From NCBI RefSeq assembly GCF_035594765.1, contig NC_085843.1, positions 204,949,971 to 205,013,970 of the forward strand: a stretch of 64,000 bases of DNA, in the 5' to 3' direction. The notes under the pieces are model-generated. The model saw nothing but the letters and a program-made list of their open reading frames with translations. It made no database searches and was not told where the DNA came from. This DNA is from Anolis carolinensis (taxonomy: Eukaryota). Each line of letters opens with the position of its first letter. Positions within the stretch are counted from its first letter, which is position 1. The position numbers were made by a program, and so were the translations under genes. Below are positions 39,299 to 52,254 of this stretch, piece by piece.

Positions 39299-41742
39299 AT
39301 GTATTTTGGTGTTTGGTGTGTATTTCATTTAGTTTGATACAGATCACAAATCCATCAGGATATTTGAGTACAGTATACTGCATTCGTTTCTTTAACTTAA
39401 CATATCACTTTTTATTATGTTACAAATTATGTTACAAATTATTATGTATAATATAAAACATGTGCTTTGGCTTGTCAGAGTATCACTGGTTTGACAAAAA
39501 TGCATTCATTTTACTTGTTACAAAAATTGTGCATTGAAAGACTGAACAGGGAGATTTTAGCAAGATCTACACGCATTTGGTAACAGATCTGCCTTGTGAA
39601 ATTCTAAATTTCAGACTCTGCCCTGTGAATCTGAATGCATTTTAAGTCAGTGAAAACAAAATGTGTGAACACATGAAAGTGCTATGATGACAAGTGAGTG
39701 TTACTACTTCGGAGATGATAAATTCGAGTAACACAATCCTGACCTCTTGTGGGGAGAATAAGGAATCTGTAAAAAGCAATGCTGCTATAGTACTCAACCA
39801 CAAACCTTTGAATGGGGAAATGGAAAGGTTACAAGGGGTCTAAAAAGGAATGAGGAGTGTACGCTGCACTAGACATAAAATTTCTTCTTCTTTTTTAAAA
39901 TTAAAAACCCTCTCTGTGTTGGGTTTTCCAAAGAGCTCTTTCTGGTTCCTTGCTAATGTCAGACCCATTCATTACTCTCAGCAACTCTCTGTGGAGAAGT
40001 GAATGAGACTATGGTTATACCGTCCCAAGTTTATTTCTACATCATTGCATTTTTCCTGAAAAGAAAAGATTATTCCCATTCCCTGACAGAATATGATTAG
40101 GAAATAGATGATTATATTACATGACCAATGAATATCTCTCCTCTTTCTTAAAAAATTGTATTTGGCACTTGAAGCCTACTATATTGTACTTAGCATGTTT
40201 TCTTATTCTTTCATATCTTTCCCATGGAGGATATAGAAAGCAGCTGAGCTTAATGTAATACAGACGTCTGCAAGTGGCATGAGGCTTTGTGACTCACTTA
40301 GGAAAAACTACAGGCTGCCAAATCTACATAAAATTAACAATCTCATTTGGAACCCTGACTGCTTACTGCCTATACTGAAGTAATTCAGGATCTGCAATGG
40401 CAAAGTCAAGAGATCTCATAGATGAACACAAAACGATGTCTACAAGGAAAAATAAAACAGAATTTGGGCTCCACGCCTGGCTGTTTTACAAGAGCAATTT
40501 CATGAGTCAACATTTCTGGTATAAATATTTACAGCTAAAAAATGAACACCAGATTTGTGTGACATGAGGTGGATTTGATCTGAAATAATAAGAAGCAGTT
40601 GGGAGGCATGTCAAAGCAAGCTGCTACAAACTGCTGCTTCTTTTTGCATATCTCTCATTAGGAAAACTGTTTAACACAACATATTGGGCGAGGAAACAAG
40701 AACTTACCATTACATCTATTTGATAAGATGATTGTACGTGGAGTGGCATATTTTCTAGTATGGGGACAATTCTTCCATGTACTTGGATATCCAGAGTTGT
40801 CCCATGGCAAGCCTTTGTTCTAATGGAAAGTGACCTAGATATTGACATCTTTGTTAAAAAAGGCCTGTCCTAAGCCCCTAAGCACAGCAGAATTGTCCTT
40901 GCACTCCCATAAATGGCATTTGGGGACATAACCTGAAGATTTTATGAGTATTGCATTCTTCCAGATTCTTGGAGATGGGGGCAGCAGTATGATTTCCTCC
41001 CTGCTTTGAGACTTCAGTTTCTAGGAAGGGTAGATCTGCCAGGGAGGAATTGTGTTGGCCAATATAAGGCTTCAGTTGAGATCCAGACCCTGTTGGAGTC
41101 CAGTGTTTACTTGGAGTTCTCCCAGGCACTCCACTGTCTGCCCTTGCTGACATCTGGCTGAGAAAAGCCGTATAGTATTTCAGATGACATTTTCAAGTCT
41201 TATCCAAAGATATCAATGATGTAGATGATTTTTGCATGCAAACCATGTGTGCCGCATTGCTGCTCCTAGGAAATCCTGTCCCAGATATTTCCCGTTTTCC
41301 CGTGTTAGTGTTCCTGCCCAGTTCGTCATGGATCACCAGCAGCTCTTTATTCACATGTCCAATCCTCTCATCACTGTGTACATGTTTTAATCTTGTTTTA
41401 ATATTTTGATGGTTTTTAGACTCATTTTAACTTTTATAGCTTGTGGGGTTTTTTAAAAATATTTTTTAGTTTGTCCTAAGCCACTTTCAAGTCTTGATCA
41501 GGGGGAAAGGTGAGAAATAAAAATATTCTTTCTGTCTACCGGGAGAACTTTTCTAGTAGACATGTTGATTAGAAATTAAGAGTGAAAAAAGTGATTCTGA
41601 AGTTTCTCTTTACCAGGTATGCCCTTTAAATATTATTGTTCAACAGACCACCAAGACTTAACTCAACATTTGAATGGAATCATTCCAATAAAATATTATG
41701 CATATACTCCTATTATAATATTTATTGGAATGATTCCATACA

Positions 41743-41743
41743 A

Positions 41744-41794
<51 letters not shown>
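41743..41794. repeat. (AAT)n microsatellite
   Basis: Direct reading. Confidence 0.97.
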
Positions 41795-41795
<1 letters not shown>

Positions 41796-41895
41796 GCTAT
41801 AGCAACAATAATGCCTGAACACTAATATTACTTGCTAATTTTAATTAACAAATTAATGATATTGGGCTTAATAGCTGAAATTTGTATTCTGAGTC

Positions 41896-41975
41896 TTTGT
41901 TGTTTATTTGTTCAGTCGTTTCTGATTCTTTGTGACCTCCTGGACCAGCCCATGCCAGAGCTCCCTCTCGATGGT
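41896..41975 (-). mobile_element. RTE/Bov-B-like 3' end fragment
   Basis: ttgttgttt...ttcagtcgtttctgattctttgtgacc resembles an RTE tail on the reverse strand. Confidence 0.55.
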
Positions 41976-43215
41976 TGCCCAGCACATAACTAGTTATGTT
42001 CTCATAACTATGCTGTTATCAGAAGGCTCTAATATACTTTCATAGTCCTCTTCAATAGTTCTGGAAAATCTGCTTGTAATTGTGCTGAGAAATATGGAAG
42101 GGACTGTTCCTTGAACTTGAGTTTCAGAGCACTATCCATGGATATTTATATGAGCTTGTCTTCCCCTGCCACTGTGAACCCCTCTAGTTCATTCACATCA
42201 ACTGAAAATAGATCTCTTATTCTGATTTTGCTTGCATAAAGAGCAGGCAAATATTTAACGGAAAGTGTGCTTCAACCATTTAAAATGTCATTGTAAAAGT
42301 GATGTGCCGCTTTGAGTCTCTTTTGTGGAGAGAAAAAGTGGGTTTTAAATAAACGTAATAATAATAACGTGTTCTCTTCTGACAAGTCTTCATAGATGGA
42401 ACCAAGAAACCTGTAAAGTTTGGAAATATCTCTTTGCTTTGATAGGAAATGATGCTACCTCATACAAATCTAACTTTTTCATCATTGCTTCGAAACTATA
42501 AATGTTTTCCTTCAAAGATTTAAGTTGGACATACTTAAAAGGGTGAAGATATTTGATAGATATGCTAATTTTACTAACCAGGAAAAATCTTTCAGAGAGT
42601 TGCTGAAATTAAATTGATTGGGGAATAATCTTATCTCATTTCTCAATTTACACGAACAGGACAAAATTTTAGCTGATGATAGCTAAGAAACTTCAAACTA
42701 TATGCATATCCATATCTTTGCAAAGCCCACCAAGGCCTGAATTAAGTGACATGATTTTCCTCACATTGATAATTTCGAGTGATTCGTTTAAGATTTGATT
42801 TAGTTTTGGCAACCAGAGTTTCCCTATGTATGTAGCAATGATTCCTTATATTTGCTGAGATACTGTTGATTCATTTTTTAAACTGTGCCTTTTGACAAAG
42901 GTATTACGGAAAGGTCCTTAGCAACTCCCTTGTCAATACAGAAACCATGATTTTTGCAGCAGATAAAACAAGTTCTTCAGCTACTCTCTGTGATTCTCTG
43001 GGTTGTGTTATTAGTTGAGAAAGTTCAAATGAGGCCCTCACTGCCTTTTCATTGTTACAACCAGTTGCAGTTATTTTTACCTTTTTCTTACTTTTTCCTA
43101 AAGCTCCTGTTCCTTAGTTATGAGAAAAAAAAGTTTTATTAAGTTATTAAAATGTTATTTGCGGCATCTTCTTTATGTTTAGTATCAAAATTTCTTCTCA
43201 ATTTTGATGGTTTCA

Positions 43216-43419
43216 NNNNNNNNNNNNNNNNNNNNNNNNNNNNNNNNNNNNNNNNNNNNNNNNNNNNNNNNNNNNNNNNNNNNNNNNNNNNNNNNNNNNN
43301 NNNNNNNNNNNNNNNNNNNNNNNNNNNNNNNNNNNNNNNNNNNNNNNNNNNNNNNNNNNNNNNNNNNNNNNNNNNNNNNNNNNNNNNNNNNNNNNNNNNN
43401 NNNNNNNNNNNNNNNNNNN
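43216..43419. other. Assembly gap (N run)
   Basis: Direct reading. Confidence 1.
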
Positions 43420-43872
43420 CAGCGTTTTGATTGGTCGGGCGGTGTATGTGCCAGCTTTCTGATTGGCCGCCACTATCCCAGGCCACTGAGGCCAACAGGA
43501 ATGACGGATCTGGACCAAACTTGGCACACTTCATCCCCATGATGCACTTTACACCCTGGTGCAGTTTGCGGGACCATGGACCATGAGTGATGGGATTTGT
43601 AGTACTTTCAATCGCTACAACTCCCACAGGCCACTGCGAAGCCCACCAGTCACGGAACTACACCAAACTTGCCACACAGAACCCCCATGAACCCCTTTCT
43701 GTTAGGGCCAGATTGGGGGAGGCTGGACCAAGTAGCTTCACTCACTTCTTCCTCTCGGAGTTGTAGTTCACCCTTATACAGACAGCGCTGAACCCAGCCA
43801 ACTTCAGATCCTGACCAAACTTGTCACATAAGTTTCTCAAAATACCCGGGCACCACTGGGTCCCCAAGCTAG
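43420..43872 (+). mobile_element. Non-autonomous Helitron-like fragment, 3' end
   Basis: Internal accaaacttg(g)cacac repeats; GC-rich hairpin cccggg..ctggg followed by CTAG|T at 43869-43873. Confidence 0.6.
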
Positions 43873-44722
43873 TATATATATAAACGTAATGTGCATAATT
43901 AGGACCAAATTAACAACAAAACCACTGGGCCAAATCACACCAAATTTGGCCACAATACTTATCACTTTCCAAGGAGTGACCATCAAAGAAAAGAAGAAAG
44001 AAAACAGAGACAAGGTCAGAAAAATCCCCCAAAATAAAAAATATTTTGCTAGTGCAAGCATTAAAAAACGCTAACACCAGGTCAGTAAATAAAGAACAAC
44101 AATTCTGGGGAATTCCAGAAAGGAAACAATCAGGGGCAGCTAACACCTCCCAACAAAGGGTTCCCCCAGGCAGGAATCAGCCAGGGTTTGAAGCTACAAG
44201 AAAGGAAACAATCAAGGGCAGCTAACATCTCCCAACAAAGGATTTCCCCAGGCAGGAATCAGCCAGGGTTTGAAGCTACAAGACAGGAAACAATCAAGGG
44301 CAGCTAACAACTCCCAACAAAAGATTCCCCCAGGCAGGAATCAGCCAGGGTTTGAACCTACAATGCCATTACATGCTAATCAAAGTGACTAATTGCCGCA
44401 TTCATTCTTGCCTCCAACACACAACAGCTCTTTCTCCCACACAGGTGTATAAACCACACTTGCCTGGCTCCTTCCTACCTAGGGAAATCTAGGTAGGAGA
44501 TCTTTCCCCACCACCGCACTCATTCCTTTTTTTCTTCCTCTCACAAGGCAATCTTCTACTGAACCTTCCTGATCGTCCTCTCTTGCTGTCCCCTCTCGCA
44601 GATCATCCCCCCACCGCTGCACTCATTCCTCCTCCTCCTCCATCTGGGGAAAGGCCACTGCTGCCCAACTAATATACTTACTACATTCTTTTCAAAACCA
44701 GCAGACTACGCCACAGCAACGC
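43873..44722 (+). mobile_element. Second Helitron-like unit with Penelope-like cargo
   Basis: Starts tatatatataaa; ends at cgccacagcaacgc, the same subterminal motif as at 46662, truncated before CTAG. Confidence 0.5.
44120..44363. repeat. Minisatellite, three units of about 82 bp
   Basis: aggaaacaatca.gggcagctaaca.ctcccaacaaag.ttcccccaggcaggaatcagccagggtttgaagctacaag repeated three times. Confidence 0.92.
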
Positions 44723-44777
44723 TTATGGCTTTGGCCAGGTGGTCACTCACAGAGTGTTGTTGTTGTTGTTGTTGTTA

Positions 44778-45511
44778 TTGTATGACACAGAAAACAAGAT
44801 AGATATGCTGGATTTTGTATCACAAAATCACAAGTCAAACACTTCCCAAGTGTCTAGGACTGTGTGATGTATTTTCGGATGATGTGCGCAGATCCCAGTA
44901 GGGTGACCTTTTGCAGTTGGCAGATCATGATTTTGTCAATGTCTGTTGTTTCCAAATGTCGGCTGAGATCTTTTGGTACGGCACCCAATGTGCCGATCAC
45001 CACCGGGACCACCTGCACTGGTTTCTGCCAGAGTCTTTGCAGTTCAATCTTGAGGTCCTGATAGTGGCTGAGTTTTTCCTGTTGTTTTTCGTCAGTGCAA
45101 CTGTCACCTGGGATGGCAACATCAATGAGCCAAACCTTTTTCTTTTCCGCAACTGTGATGTCTGGTGTGTTGTGTTCCAGAACTTTGTCAGTCTGGATTC
45201 GGAAGTTCCACAGTATCTTTGTGTGCTCATTTTCCAATACTTTTGTACAGGTTTGTGATCCCACCAGTTCTTTACTGCTGGGAGATGGTACTTTAGGCAT
45301 AGGTTCCAATGAATCATTTGGGCCACATAGTTGTGCCTCTGTTTGTAGTCTGTCTGTGCGATTTTCTTACAGCAGCTGAGGATATGATCAATGGTTTCGT
45401 CAGTTTCCTTGCACAGTCTGCATTTTTGGGTCATCAGCTGATTTTTCGATCTTTGCCTTAATTGCATTTGTCCTGATGGCTTGCTCCTGCGCTGCAAGGA
45501 TCAGGCCTTCT
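44778..45511 (-). mobile_element. R4/Dong-clade non-LTR retrotransposon, 5'-truncated and frameshifted
   Basis: Translation shows the CCHC finger CRLCKETDETIDHILSCC, then RHN and a PD..D restriction-like endonuclease motif. Confidence 0.85.
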
Positions 45512-45727
45512 TCTTCTTATTATTATGGCTTTGATCAGGTGCTCACTTACAATAAAGGCAGATAATCCACAATATCTGCTTTGAACTGGATTATCTGAGT
45601 CCACACTGCCATATAATCGAGTTCAAACCAGATAATATGGGATTTTATGGGCAACTTGAATACCACTGAATAGCCTTGCAGCTTCAAAGTCTGGCTACTT
45701 CATACCTTCATACTTCAACCCTAACTG

Positions 45728-45988
45728 GAGCCCCCAGATGGCGTAGTGGACTAAGTGACTTGAAGGTTGGGTTGCTGACCTGAAAGCTGCCAGGTTCGAA
45801 TCCCACCTGGGGAGAGTGTGGATGAGCTCCCTCTATCAGCTCCAGCTCCATGCGGGGACACAAGAGAAGCCTCCCACAAGGATGGTAAAAACATCAAAAC
45901 ATCCGGGCGTCCCCTGGCCAACGTCCTTGCAGACGGCCAATTCTTTCACTCCAGAAGCAACTCTGGTTGCTCCTGACACGAAAAAAAC
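45728..45988 (+). mobile_element. tRNA-derived SINE (Anolis SINE2-like)
   Basis: Box A tggcgtagtgg, box B ggttcgaatcc, A tail; probable TSD aacccta. Confidence 0.88.
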
Positions 45989-46171
45989 CCTAGGGGATTC
46001 CATTGTTACCCAATTTGAATACAATTGCATACCCTTGCAGCTTCAAACTCTGGCTGATTTATACCTAGGGGACTCCATTGTTGGTCAACTTGAATACCAT
46101 TTAATAGCCTTGCAGCTTTAAAGCCTGGCTGCTTCATACCTAGAGGATTCAATTGTTACCCAATTTTAATA

Positions 46172-46494
46172 CAGTAGAGTCTCATTTATCCAACACTCAC
46201 TTATCCAACGTTCTGGATTATCCAACGTATTTTTGTAGTCAATGTTTTCAAAACATTGTGATATTTTGGTGCTAAATTCATAAATACAGTAATTACAACA
46301 TAACATTACTGCGTATTGAACTACTTTTTCTGTCAAATTTGTTGTACAACATGATGTTTTGGTGCTTAATTTGTAAAATCATAACCTAATTTGATGTTTA
46401 ATAGGCTTTTTCTTAATCCCTCCTTATTATCCAACATATTTGCTTATCCAACGTTCTGCCGGCCCGTTTATGTTGGATAAGTGAGACTCTACTG
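46172..46494. mobile_element. Tc1/mariner MITE (same family as 38727)
   Basis: TIRs and TA duplication; splits one tandem unit. Confidence 0.92.
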
Positions 46495-47876
46495 TACCAT
46501 TGAATACCTTGCAACTTCAAAGCCTGGCTGCTTCATACTTAGGGGACTCCATTATTGGACAACTTGAAGCCTTTCAGCTTCAAAGCCTGACTGCTTCATA
46601 CCTAGGGGAATCCTTTCTAGGCCACCTTGAATGCCACGAAGAAAACCCTCTTAGGACTATACCACAGCAACGTGTGGCTGGGCACACCTAGTCCAACATA
46701 TAATGACATAGTTGTCTTCTGGGTCTATACAATGAACCCCACTGACAGATATTCCTTGCTATACTGGTTACACTTTTTAAAATTATTGGAATAAACAGAA
46801 TTCAACTTCATCAGCGTCAGCAATATTTTACATTTCAAATGCAACCAGCAATTCATCCTAATGCTCAGCCAAAATATACTGTTATGAAATTTGCTGCTAT
46901 AACATCAAAAAGTCACTTTCCCCGAGCAGTTACCTTTATTCACTTGTTTTTGAGATCTCTGTGAAGATGATGAAAAATTATCATGAAAAATGATAATAAG
47001 AAAAACAGCCATATTCATTAATCCACATTTATCATCCCTGAAGTGTCTTCAAACAGTCACCCACACTGATGGACTTCAACCCTCTCTTTCCAAAAAGTCT
47101 TCCTTTTATACTGAATTTATTAGATTTACAGCCTGCCTTTCTGCCAGGTTGATATCAAATGTGGCTTACAAATGGATTTACAAATATTTGGAATTTACAA
47201 ATGGATTTAGGTCTATAGTACTAATATTGGAGCTGATAAAACAATGGATACTGGCTATTGGTAACCCTAGTTCAACATTTCATTCTCCCTTCCCATCAGT
47301 TCCTTAGAACAATTGGATCATATGCTCTGCTTTGCGTCCAGCACCACCCATTTATTGTTTGCTTGTTAATTTCTTTATTTCTTTCATTCTAAAATGCACA
47401 CACACACACACCCCACCAAAAAAACAAACAAACCCATGGTGCGTGTTATAATCGCAAGTGTATTCTGTGTATTTTTGTTGTTGCTGAAGGTATTGAAATT
47501 AGGTTGTGTCTTATAATTGATGGTGTCTTACAATCAAAGAATACAGTACATATTGTAATGTTCTTAACAATATTAAATTATGTTTTGGGGAGAGGAGAAC
47601 CAGTTATTTTTGCTTGTTTTTGAGATCTTTATGCAAATAGCTAATTCATGGGGAAAAACAATTTAAAACTGATAAAACATACTATTGAAACATTTGTCCA
47701 TAAACATTATTTCTTGGTAATTCCATTATATATAGAATGAATGCATATCATTTTCTTCACAATTTTATTGTTATTGCTAGCGTTGTTGCTTTCCAGCGCT
47801 AAAGAGTAAAATGCCCAATTTTACATTTTAGCTTGTTCTGTAATTCATGCTGTTATTTTTTCTTTTTCATTTTTAG

Positions 47877-47948
47877 GGACCTTTCTAATAATAGAATTGG
47901 ATGCTTAACACCTGAAATATTTGTGGGCCTTAAAAATCTTCATAAATT
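47877..47948 (+). CDS. ADGRA1: Coding exon (72 nt), LRR unit DLSNNRIGCLTPEIFVGLKNLHK(L)
   Basis: Polypyrimidine tract, ttttag|G acceptor and TT|gtaagt donor; DLSNNRIGCL is characteristic of the ADGRA2/ADGRA3-type ectodomain. Confidence 0.87.
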
Positions 47949-48019
47949 GTAAGTATGACATCTGTAAAACAATTAATAAAACATATACTGTGTCACAAAT
48001 AGTATAACTAGGTTGTTCT

Positions 48020-48513
48020 AGGCACCACAGTTGAAGGGAGATGTTGACAAGCTGGAAAGCGTCCAGAGGAGGGCAACTAAAATGATCAAAGGTCTGGAGA
48101 ACAAGCCCTATGAGGAGAGGCTTAAAGAACTGGGCATGTTTAGCCTGCAGAAGAGAAGACTGAGAGGAGACATGATAGCCATGTACAAATATGTGAGGGG
48201 AAGTCACAGGGAGGAGGGAGCAAGCTTGTTTTCTGCTGCCCTGCAGACTAGGACACGGAACAATGGCTTCAAACTACAGGAAAGCAGATTCCACCTGAAC
48301 ATTAGGAAGAACTTCCTCACTGTGAGGGCTGTTCGGCAGTGGAACTCTCTTCCCCGGACTGTGGTGGAGGCTCCTTCTTTGGAGGCTTTTAAGCAGAGGC
48401 TGGATGGCCATATGTTGGGGGTGCTTTAAATGCGATTTCCTGCTTCTTGGCAGGGGGTTGGACTGGATGGCCCATGAGGTCTCTTCCAATTCTACTATTC
48501 TATGATTCTATGA
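48020..48513 (+). mobile_element. CR1 LINE 3' fragment with open ORF2 C-terminus
   Basis: ORF 48031-48429 (LESVQRRATKMI...YEERLKELGMFSL...RRLRGD...WNSLP) is the CR1 ORF2 end; (attctatg)n tail. Confidence 0.95.
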
Positions 48514-50864
48514 TGGAAGTAATAGGAAGATAATTTTAAATGAGACAAATCTGTGCAGTAAGTAGACTGGAACTAGAATTTGATGGATATAGTTCCACTC
48601 CCAGAAAGAAGTACACGTGGGTCTCATTTTCTTTTTGCAGCCTCACTATGTCACCACAACATAACTTCTTTGAAATATAGGATCTTCCGTCTTCTTTGGA
48701 ATCCTTTCGAAGGATGAGAGAGGGAACTGCCATTGCCATTAGATCCTTTCTATTGCGGGTAGTCTGTTTGGGGCTTGTTTACTGATAAAGTACAAAACCT
48801 AGGTAGTATTTTCCATCTTTTTCTGCCATGCTTTCCCTCACACTTTGTTTTGTTTTGTTTTGTGTTTTAAAAAAATTCTTTTGGTTATCTAGCTTGATTA
48901 TTGCAAAAGAGAAAGGACTACAGATTGCATATTCCTCTGACTCCAAGATGAAAAAACCGACAAAAATTGCATCCTTCCTTTTCCATTTGTGGATGCCTTT
49001 GCTGGCATTGAACTTGTTCTGTGACCTCCACCTGGAAGAGAGCAGCTGCGTTTTGTTCAAACTACTAAATGCAATAAAAATAATCTGATGTGAAGCTAAT
49101 TAAAATGAGGGCTGAACAGAAAGTATGCTTTTAGTGGAGTGCAATTAACATATTGAAATCATTCTCCTTTGGTTTGTACAATGTCCTCTAACTACTGCAT
49201 ATGAAAGGCAAGAGAAATGTTGCCTTTTGTACATATTTTGAAAATGGTGGTCAAATCACCCTTCGCGCCTTTCCAAAAAGCAGCTCCAACTATCCCTCTA
49301 CACCAGGTTTGGGAGGTGCAGTGGGAGCTGTAGGAGCTAAGAGGGATTGTCCTTCAGGTGATGTTGATGAAATAATTTCAATCAGAGGAAATAACTCACT
49401 GGATCCAGGATTTGGATATATTTATTTATTCATTTTGTTTAATGCATCTAATGTATTACTGCTTGACATACCAAGGCCCCCAAGGCAATACAACTCTTTA
49501 AAACATAAGCAAATTAAACAAATAACAACAAATTGAAAATACTCAAAACTCCTTTTTAAAAATGTCTCTAACATTAGATAAACGGTTTTAACAATAAGCA
49601 GAGAGAACAACACTAATTGTGTGAACCATGCAAAACCGAAGAGTCTTCCCTGCCTATGGAAACTCAGGAAGGATGGAACCCTACAAGTAGAGGAAAGCTC
49701 TGTTGTATGTACACACCAGTCTAGCCCCATGGAATAGTGAAATAACATAACAGGACTTCCACTGATGTCTTAGACTTTGGGCAGGGTTATATGCAAGTAG
49801 GAAAACTTTCCGATATCTTGCCCTCAAGCTGCACAGGGCTTTATAGGTCAAAATCAGCCCTTTGTATTGGACTCAAAAGCAAACCGGAAGTTAGAGAAGT
49901 TATTGTAAGACCAGTGTTATGTGGTTCGCCAAATATGTGCCTGATAATAGCTTTAGTGGTAGTGGTAGAAGTAATGGCATCCCCTATTAATGGATAATTT
50001 TAAGACAAATTTCAGAAATATATTTACAGGCTGATTAGTTGTTTGTTTTATAGAGATGCAGCATTCATACTGTATTTCTTTAGTTTTGTTTCTCCTAGCT
50101 TAGCAAAGTATGATGCAACAAGCTCTTTAACTAAAAATGTTAAAGTGCAAATTAAATCATCATACAGATGTCTGGATGAGAACGTGGCAAAACTTTACAA
50201 TACAATTTGCATGAGCTTTGAGCATAAAGGCATCTCACTGAGCACCTACTTTTATTAACAAGAGCCAGGATCTCACTTTGAAACCAGGACCAAGGAAACT
50301 ATTCCAGAGGGACATCATGTCAGTCTACTGGTGCAGAAATATCAAAGAAGTTAGTCCTTAAGGACTAACAAATTTATTATGGCATAAACCTTGGTTTATT
50401 CTAAGTTGAAAGGTTATTTATACACCTACAGGCAAAGAGAGATAAAAGAATAAGCGTAGTGGCAAAGGAAAGGGGGAAAGTGGTGTTTCTTGTCCACCTG
50501 GAGTCCCCATGGATGTGTTTTCCTCCTGATGATGAAATTGGAATTAGTGATCCTAGGTGACAATCTTTAGATCATTTTCACAAAGCAGAAAGCCCACCAG
50601 GGAAAGAATCTGGACCATGGAAGATACATATTTTTGAAGGCTTATTGCGATGTCTATAGGGAAAACTGCAGGCCCTTTGATTATGTCGTAGAGCACTGGA
50701 GAGAGCAGGTGAAGGGCTAATGTGTGTTCCTACTACCTAAAGTGAAGGTGGATTTGTAAATGAGATGGGAACTGAAAAAAAGAGAGTGGGGATTTCTGTA
50801 AGAGAGGATGTCTGAAAAATAAGCCATTATTTCTTGGGGGAAAAATCTTGGGTTTTTCCAGACC

Positions 50865-50962
50865 CAATCATAGAATAAAATAATAATAGAATAATAGAGT
50901 TGGAAGAGACCACATGAGCTATCTAGTCCAACCCCTGCCATGCAGGAAAAGCAAAATCAAAG
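50865..50962 (-). mobile_element. CR1 3' tail fragment
   Basis: atcatagaat...gagttggaagagacc...tagtccaacccc is the reverse complement of the CR1 end at 48440-48513. Confidence 0.75.
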
Positions 50963-50982
50963 TCATTCTCAACCATCTCTCA

Positions 50983-51122
50983 GGGCCCTTCCACACAGCC
51001 TTACATCTCAGAATATCAAGGCAGGAAATCCCACAATATCTGTTTTGAACTGGGTTATCTGAGTTCACACTGCCATATAATCCAGTTCAATGTGAATTTT
51101 ATTCAGCTGTGTGGGAGGGGGC
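50983..51122. mobile_element. PIF/Harbinger-like MITE
   Basis: Colinear with 12967-13105. Confidence 0.8.
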
Positions 51123-52206
51123 ACAGTAACTCAGAATCAGATGGAGAAGTACTTATGGGAACTGTCCAGGGTAGAGTAGTATCAAAAGGTGCAGTGAGGT
51201 TGCATCCTGAGTCTTGCCCTTTACACACATGACTAATTGACCCAAAATTCTGATAACCAAACATTAAGTAGAGATGTCTAAGTGTCAACAAAGGCCAAAT
51301 GCTTAAAAATCAATATGTTCTCAATGTATAGATGTTGGGAATAAGTAACTATGCAAAGCCATGTGTGGACCAATTGTACATTTTATCCTACAGGTATGGT
51401 TTTAATTCTGATTTCACCCTGTTAAATTTTTATTGGAGTAGTTATTGTTCATATCTCATATTTTTTACAACTAGCCTATGATATATAAAATCATGATACA
51501 CCATTATTTGTGACCGCTTGTGTGTGTGTTCTGATTCCAGTTTAATACTTACATAATGTATGACTATTTCCACTGTGGATTTTCACTGAAATGATTCACA
51601 TCAGATGACAGATGTGGCAACACTAGCTGAAAGCAAAAAGAAACATTACTGACTAATATACTGGCCTGAGATTTCATGACTAACTTATTTATCTCATGGC
51701 CGTATTTACATTTGGTGAATTGCTCATGTTACAAACATGAACATAAATGACAAATTTTAAGGCAACACATTCTTGTTTATGAGTTTATTATTATTATTTT
51801 TGGAAGCCATGTTTCGTATTCTAAGGATGAATTATGCAGTGGTTTTTAGAGTGTAGGGGGATTTTCAATAGAAATTCATTCAACTCTGTGCTACTTCAAA
51901 AATCAGATAATCTATGAACAGAGTTGGAAATACTACCTTTTTGGATAGCAACTTCCAGAACCTCCCATGTTAGGTGCTGCCTTGCATGCCTATGTCTTAC
52001 ATAACTGAGAATGAAAGAAGGTATTGGATTGATGTTACCTGTCTTACTCCTCCCACAACAGGAACAAAATCATGAATACATGAAAAGGTATTTCATTTGG
52101 TTATGCATATCCCTCAGATAAATCTATGGAAGTCACTCTGAGTCCCCTGGTGGAGAGAAAAAGTGGGGCATAAATTAACATAAACATAAATGTAAACATA
52201 AACATC

Positions 52207-52253
<47 letters not shown>
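52207..52253. repeat. (TAA)n microsatellite following an L2-type tail (52135-52200)
   Basis: Direct reading. Confidence 0.95.

Positions 52254-52254
<1 letters not shown>

Larger units (their letters stand above)
45650..46691 (+). mobile_element. Helitron-like 3' segment made of ~70-bp degenerate tandem units, with nested SINE and MITE
   Basis: Repeated ccttgcagcttcaaagcctggctgcttcatacctagggga units; hairpin ccaca...tgtgg followed by CTAG|T at 46688-46692. Confidence 0.6.

Noticed and set aside
41619-41825. Poly-Ile / poly-Asn ORFs
   Set aside because: Translation of the (AAT)n microsatellite.
44120-44363. Regularly spaced repeats as a CRISPR-like array
   Set aside because: Head-to-tail units without unique spacers, no cas genes, vertebrate context.
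48031-48429. 132-aa ORF as a host gene
   Set aside because: It is the CR1 ORF2 C-terminus.
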